Shown here: positions 27,458 through 32,000 of the stretch, one piece after another
How positions within the stretch are numbered: the first letter of the stretch is position 1
Layout of the letters: each line of letters begins with the position of its first letter
Position numbers and translations under genes: made by a program
The notes under the pieces: model-generated
Told to the model about the DNA's origin: nothing
Database searches by the model: none
What the model saw: the letters and a program-made list of their open reading frames with translations, nothing else
DNA from: Dickeya solani IPO 2222
GTDB taxonomy: Bacteria > Pseudomonadota > Gammaproteobacteria > Enterobacterales > Enterobacteriaceae
NCBI RefSeq assembly: GCF_001644705.1
Contig: NZ_CP015137.1
Location: 4,380,001 to 4,412,000 of the forward strand
DNA: 32,000 nt
Direction: 5' to 3'

Positions 27458-28663
27458 TCAGTGCTCGTTCAGCATGGCGGGTTCGATGCGCTTTAAGTGG
27501 AACTGCCAGTACAGGGCGGCCATGGTCAACATACCGATGATGCCCAGCATGCACCAGGGCAAGGCCGGCTGGCCGAGCGCCTTTCCGGTATCGAACAACC
27601 AGCCGCCGCCGCTGTAGCCGAGCGCGCCGCCCAGCGCCAGCCCCATACGGCTGAACCCCATATAGCTGCCGCGGGCGCGGGCGTCGGCCAGCGATGCGCC
27701 CAGCGTTTCCCGCGCCGGTTCGGCGATGATGGAGCCAATGTAAAACAGCCCGATCAGGCCCAGCAGCCATTGCAAACTGGTGATCATGCCCATCGGAATC
27801 AGGCTCAGGGTCATGATGAACAACCCGAACATCAGCCGCTGTTCCAGACGGAAGCGTTTTTCGCTCCAGCGGGCGATGGGGTAAAGCAGCGTCAGCGACA
27901 GCGCCGCTTCAATGGCGTACATCCATTTCACCGCGGACGGCGTACCCGCCAGTTCGTTAACCATGATCGGCATCATCAACAACACCTGCACGCCCAGCAT
28001 GAAGTAGCCGGTCAGCGTCAGCACATAGACAACGAAGCGACGGTCGCGCATCACCCGCATCATTCCTTCGCGAATGGGAGTACGAATGGTGGAAATGCGA
28101 TAGGCGGGTAGCAGCAGGGCATTCAGCGCGGCCACCAGCACGAATACCGACGCGCCGACCCAGCACACTACCGAAAAGTTGTATTGCATCAGCCAGCTAC
28201 CGAGCAGCGCGCCGATCACCGCTCCGGCGTTGTCCTGCATCATTAACAGCGAAAAGAAACGGCTGCGTTCGTGCGGACGGGTCAACTTGATGACCATCGC
28301 GTTGCGCGGCGGCTCGAACAACGTACCGCCCAGCGCCGACAGCACGCAGGAGAGAATCAGCATCAGCGGCGTGGTGGCCAAGGCCATGAACACAAAACCG
28401 GAGGCGCGCAGCAGCATGCCGGTGACAATCATCGGTTTGGCGCCGAAACGGTCGGCGATGGCGCCGCCGAAAATGCCGAGCCCCTGCTGGGTGAGCTGAC
28501 GCAGGCCGAGCGCGATCCCGACGGTCAGCGCCGCCCAGCCCATCTGGTCGACAAAGCGAATGGAAATCAACGGGAATACCACGAAGAAACCTAATACCAC
28601 CAGCATGTTATCCAGCAGTAGAAAATATTTACCCAGGCTGCGGGCCTGCGTCATCAATGACAT
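27458..28663 (-). CDS. mdtH: MFS multidrug efflux transporter MdtH
   Basis: 401 aa. Reads [44 protein letters not shown], colinear with E. coli MdtH. Confidence 0.95.
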   Translation of the reverse strand: MSLMTQARSLGKYFLLLDNMLVVLGFFVVFPLISIRFVDQMGWAALTVGIALGLRQLTQQGLGIFGGAIADRFGAKPMIVTGMLLRASGFVFMALATTPLMLILSCVLSALGGTLFEPPRNAMVIKLTRPHERSRFFSLLMMQDNAGAVIGALLGSWLMQYNFSVVCWVGASVFVLVAALNALLLPAYRISTIRTPIREGMMRVMRDRRFVVYVLTLTGYFMLGVQVLLMMPIMVNELAGTPSAVKWMYAIEAALSLTLLYPIARWSEKRFRLEQRLMFGLFIMTLSLIPMGMITSLQWLLGLIGLFYIGSIIAEPARETLGASLADARARGSYMGFSRMGLALGGALGYSGGGWLFDTGKALGQPALPWCMLGIIGMLTMAALYWQFHLKRIEPAMLNEH

Positions 28664-28974
28664 GTTTCACCACGAGGAAAGAAGAAAAGAATGCAGCCTG
28701 TCTATTCTCTCGCCGATTGCGCCGTTGCGATAGACTACCCGGCTAATAAATTTTTTTATCGTTCAACAGTTATCTGACGCGCAGTTTACGAAAAAAAGTC
28801 AGTATGGCGTGTCGATTGTGCAATAACTCGGCGGTCATGATTTTACGCTATGGAATTTATGTGTTTATAGTAAGCGCTATTGGTGATTTATCCTTTTATG
28901 GCGTCCGCCGCGTCGGCGTTGATCGCATCAATAAAATTTCTTCATCGACAATCCGTCACCTGAGGGGGGAAGGC

Positions 28975-29559
28975 ATGTTTGGCTATCGCTCAACGACACC
29001 CAGGGTCCGTCTGACCACGGATCGACTGGTGGTCCGTCTGGCGCACGAACGCGATGCCTGGCGTCTGGCTGAGTATTACGTGGAAAACCGTGATTTTTTG
29101 AAACCCTGGGAGCCGGTGCGTGATGCCAGCCACTGTTATCCCTCCGGCTGGCAGGCGCGGCTGAGCGTGATCTGCGATATGCACAAACAGGGCAGCGCCT
29201 ACTACTTTTTGCTGCTGGACCCGGATGAAAATGAGGTGCGCGGCGTCGCCAACTTCAGCAATGTGCTGCGCGGTTCTTTTCACGCATGCTACCTCGGCTA
29301 TTCGCTGGGCAAAAAATGGCAGGGGCAAGGGATGATGTACGAGGCGTTGCAGTCGGCGCTGCATTACATGCAGCGTCAGCAACATATGCACCGCATCATG
29401 GCTAACTATATGCCGCACAATCAGCGCAGTGGCAACCTGCTGGCCCGGCTTGGGTTCGAAAAGGAAGGCTACGCCAAAAACTACTTGTTGATTGACGGCA
29501 TGTGGCAGGACCACGTGCTGACCGCCCTGACTAACCATGAATGGACGCCGATGCGCTGA
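28975..29559 (+). CDS. rimJ: Ribosomal protein S5-alanine N-acetyltransferase RimJ
   Basis: From ATG 28975 it reads [35 protein letters not shown], colinear with E. coli RimJ. The ORF-track start at 28804 is an upstream extension. Confidence 0.95.
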   Translation: MFGYRSTTPRVRLTTDRLVVRLAHERDAWRLAEYYVENRDFLKPWEPVRDASHCYPSGWQARLSVICDMHKQGSAYYFLLLDPDENEVRGVANFSNVLRGSFHACYLGYSLGKKWQGQGMMYEALQSALHYMQRQQHMHRIMANYMPHNQRSGNLLARLGFEKEGYAKNYLLIDGMWQDHVLTALTNHEWTPMR

Positions 29560-29584
29560 GCATGCGGGTCAATGAGGATGTGCC

Positions 29585-30229
29585 ATGAAATATCAACTGA
29601 CGCCCCGCGAAGCGCGGGTAATCGGGTGCCTGCTGGAAAAACAGGTGACCACCCCGGAACAGTACCCGATGTCCCTGAATGGCCTGACCGCCGCCTGTAA
29701 TCAGAAAACCAACCGCGAGCCGGTGATGGACCTGACCGAAAACGAGGTACAGCAAACGCTTGATCTGCTGGTCAAACGGCATTTTCTGCGTACCGTCAGC
29801 GGTTTTGGCAACCGGGTGATGAAGTATGAACACCGTTTCTGCAACTCCGAATTCGGCGACCTGAAGTTTTCGACGACCGAAGTGGCGCTGATGACCACCT
29901 TGCTGCTGCGCGGCGTTCAGACGCCGGGCGAACTGCGTACCCGTGCGGCCCGCTTGTACGAGTTTGCCGATATGGAGGCGGTGGAGAACGTACTGCAGCA
30001 ACTGCAACAGCGCGAGGACGGGCCCTTTGTGGCGAGGCTGGCGCGGGAGCCGGGCAAGCGTGAAAGCCGGTTCATGCATCTGTTCAGCGGCGAGGTGGCG
30101 GATGTCGCGCCCACTGATCCAGTCGATGAACCGGCCGAAGGCGGGCTGGCCGCGCGGGTTTCCGCACTCGAAAACGAGGTCGCTGAGTTGCGAGCACAAC
30201 TGGCCGCGCTACAGGAACGCCTCGCCTGA
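29585..30229 (+). CDS. yceH: YceH (DUF480) protein
   Basis: Reads [48 protein letters not shown], colinear with E. coli YceH. Confidence 0.93.
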   Translation: MKYQLTPREARVIGCLLEKQVTTPEQYPMSLNGLTAACNQKTNREPVMDLTENEVQQTLDLLVKRHFLRTVSGFGNRVMKYEHRFCNSEFGDLKFSTTEVALMTTLLLRGVQTPGELRTRAARLYEFADMEAVENVLQQLQQREDGPFVARLAREPGKRESRFMHLFSGEVADVAPTDPVDEPAEGGLAARVSALENEVAELRAQLAALQERLA

Positions 30230-30265
30230 CGGCGACCTGAATGCAGCACGTACCGGAGCGATAGC

Positions 30266-31189
30266 ATGAGATTATTACGTATCGGGGTGGCCGGATTGGG
30301 CGATATCGCCCGCAAGGCGTATTTGCCGATCTTGTCACAGGCTGAGCACTGGCAACTGGCGGGCGCCTGGTCGCCGGGGCAGGAGCGGGCCCGGCAACTG
30401 TGCCAGCAGTATCGTATTACTTGTTTTTCCTCTCTGGCGGCGCTGAGCAGCCAGTGTGATGCAGTGTTTGTACACAGCAGCACCGCCAGCCACTACGAGG
30501 TGGTCAACACGCTGCTGTTGGCTGGCAAACACGTCTATGTGGATAAGCCGCTGGCGGAAACGCTGGCGCAGGCGGAAGAACTGGTGGCGCTGGCGGCCAG
30601 CCGCAATCTGTTGCTGATGGTGGGGTTCAACCGTCGTTTTGCGCCGCTTTATCAACGGCTCAGGCAATTGCGGCCGGCCCCGGACAGCCTGCGTATGGAA
30701 AAACACCGCAGCGATAATATCGGGCCGCACCCGCTGGCGTTTACCCTGCTGGATGACTATTTGCACGTGGTGGATACCGCCCTGTGGCTGGCGGAAGCGC
30801 CGGATGCGCCGGCCACGCTGTGCGGCGGCCTGCTACGCTGCAACCCACAGGGGCAGTTGATTTACGCCGAGCACCAGTTCCAGAACGCTCATGGGATGAT
30901 CACCACCAGTATGCACCGTCAGGCCGGCAGCCAGCGTGAAAGCGTACAACTGGTCAACGATGGCGGCTGGTATCAGGTGGATAACCTGCGCGAGTGGCGT
31001 GAAGAGCGCGGCGGCACGGTGTCGCTGCATCCGGCGCCGTCCTGGCAGAGCACGCTGGAACAGCGTGGTTTTGCGGGCGCGGTCCGGCATTTTATCGACG
31101 CGGTAGTTTCACACACGCCGCCGTTAACCTCCGGCGATCAGGCGTTGCGCGCGCAACGGGTGATCGAGACGTTAGTGAGAAAACGCTGA
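30266..31189 (+). CDS. yceM: Gfo/Idh/MocA-family oxidoreductase YceM (MviM)
   Basis: Reads MRLLRIGVAGLGDIARKAYLPIL...VDKPLAETL...GFNRRFAP, colinear with E. coli MviM. Confidence 0.9.
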   Translation: MRLLRIGVAGLGDIARKAYLPILSQAEHWQLAGAWSPGQERARQLCQQYRITCFSSLAALSSQCDAVFVHSSTASHYEVVNTLLLAGKHVYVDKPLAETLAQAEELVALAASRNLLLMVGFNRRFAPLYQRLRQLRPAPDSLRMEKHRSDNIGPHPLAFTLLDDYLHVVDTALWLAEAPDAPATLCGGLLRCNPQGQLIYAEHQFQNAHGMITTSMHRQAGSQRESVQLVNDGGWYQVDNLREWREERGGTVSLHPAPSWQSTLEQRGFAGAVRHFIDAVVSHTPPLTSGDQALRAQRVIETLVRKR

Positions 31190-31380
31190 AAAAACCGGCG
31201 GCCATCGGGCATCCGTGTGGCTATTGGCGGTGCAATCGACTAGGCTGTGTGCCGCGATAGCCGGTGCGGCGGCACGGGTCAGAGTCAGTACTTCTGCTGC
31301 CGTTACGGGTTATCACGGGCGGGTTGACCGTCGTGGACATGGCGGACGACCCGGTTTTCCCCGCCATCCCTCTCTTTCCC

Positions 31381-31412
31381 ATAGTCAGAATAACTGATAG
31401 TCAGAACAACTG
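31381..31412. repeat. 16-bp tandem duplication (atagtcagaataactg, atagtcagaacaactg) abutting the murJ start
   Basis: Read directly; 15 of 16 positions are identical between the copies. It ends 1 nt before the murJ ATG. Confidence 0.75.
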
Positions 31413-31413
31413 A

Positions 31414-32000
31414 ATGAATCTACTGAAATCACTGGCTGCGGTCAGTTCCATGACCATGCTTTCCCGTGTGCTGGGGTTCGCGCGTGACGCGATCGTCGCC
31501 CGCGTGTTCGGCGCCGGTATGGCGACCGACGCATTTTTTGTGGCGTTCAAGCTGCCGAATCTGTTGCGGCGAATTTTTGCCGAAGGCGCGTTTTCCCAGG
31601 CGTTTGTACCGATTCTGGCGGAATACAAGAGCCAGCAGGGCGAGGAGGCGACACGCACCTTTCTGGCCTATGTGTCCGGGATGCTAACGCTGATACTGGC
31701 GCTGGTGACGGTAGCCGGGATGCTGGCCGCGCCCTGGGTGATCATGGTGACCGCGCCGGGGTTTGCCTCGACGCCGGAACGCTTTGAGCTGACCTCGGCG
31801 CTGCTGCGGATTACCTTTCCCTATATTTTGCTGATTTCGCTGACGTCGATGGCGGGGTCGGTGCTGAACACCTGGAACCGCTTTTCGGTGCCGGCGTTTG
31901 CGCCTACCTTACTGAACATCAGCATGATTGGTTTTGCGTTGCTGGGCACCCGCTGGTTTAACCCGCCGGTGATGGCGCTGGGCTGGGCGGTCGTGGCCGG
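31414..32000 (+). CDS. murJ: Lipid II flippase MurJ (MviN), N-terminal part; runs off the right edge
   Basis: Hand translation gives [72 protein letters not shown], near-identical to E. coli MurJ. It is absent from the ORF track because no stop falls in the window. Confidence 0.95.
   Translation, partial: MNLLKSLAAVSSMTMLSRVLGFARDAIVARVFGAGMATDAFFVAFKLPNLLRRIFAEGAFSQAFVPILAEYKSQQGEEATRTFLAYVSGMLTLILALVTVAGMLAAPWVIMVTAPGFASTPERFELTSALLRITFPYILLISLTSMAGSVLNTWNRFSVPAFAPTLLNISMIGFALLGTRWFNPPVMALGWAVVA

Noticed and set aside
28804-28974. 57-codon N-terminal extension of rimJ
   Set aside because: Colinearity with RimJ begins at MFGYRS (28975), which has its own purine-rich RBS. The extension lies in AT-rich promoter DNA.
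31215-31397. 60-aa ORF in the yceM-murJ spacer
   Set aside because: It is a GC-rich, Arg/Gly/Ala-rich frame with no RBS. It is typical of spurious ORFs in high-GC spacers.

Overview
The window looks like an enterobacterial chromosome, probably Pectobacteriaceae or Dickeya-like; that guess rests only on gene content and the high GC of core genes. Three blocks match my recollection of E. coli K-12 gene order: elyC'-cmoM-mukF-mukE-mukB (1-7605), tRNA-Ser(GGA)-ycdX-ycdY (24133-25861), and yceB-grxB-mdtH-rimJ-yceH-yceM-murJ' (25893-32000). An accessory stretch of about 16.5 kb (7606-24132) lies between the first two blocks. It carries, in order:
- an orphan 481-aa protein
- an FAD oxidoreductase
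- a stand-alone ATP-grasp ligase
- cueO with a textbook CueR operator
- an HxlR/Old-Yellow-Enzyme pair
- a Nudix hydrolase
- an RNase T2
- a GST remnant
- nudK
- a DeoR regulator
- a LysR/nitrilase pair
- a decayed islet of about 2.8 kb at tRNA-Ser

The islet is bounded by an 18/21 direct repeat. It holds an integrase stub, a pseudogenised IS911-like element, a PD-(D/E)xK-like nuclease ORF, a GC-rich structured element and a small helical ORF. No complete, recognisable new multi-gene system is demonstrable by eye. The best leads are:
- the islet cargo (nuclease, structured element, small ORF)
- the orphan 481-aa gene at the mukB synteny break
- short-period (15-18 bp) tandem arrays, two of which share a CCATAACAT core

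All homology statements come from memory of E. coli proteins and from motif reading. No database search was run.
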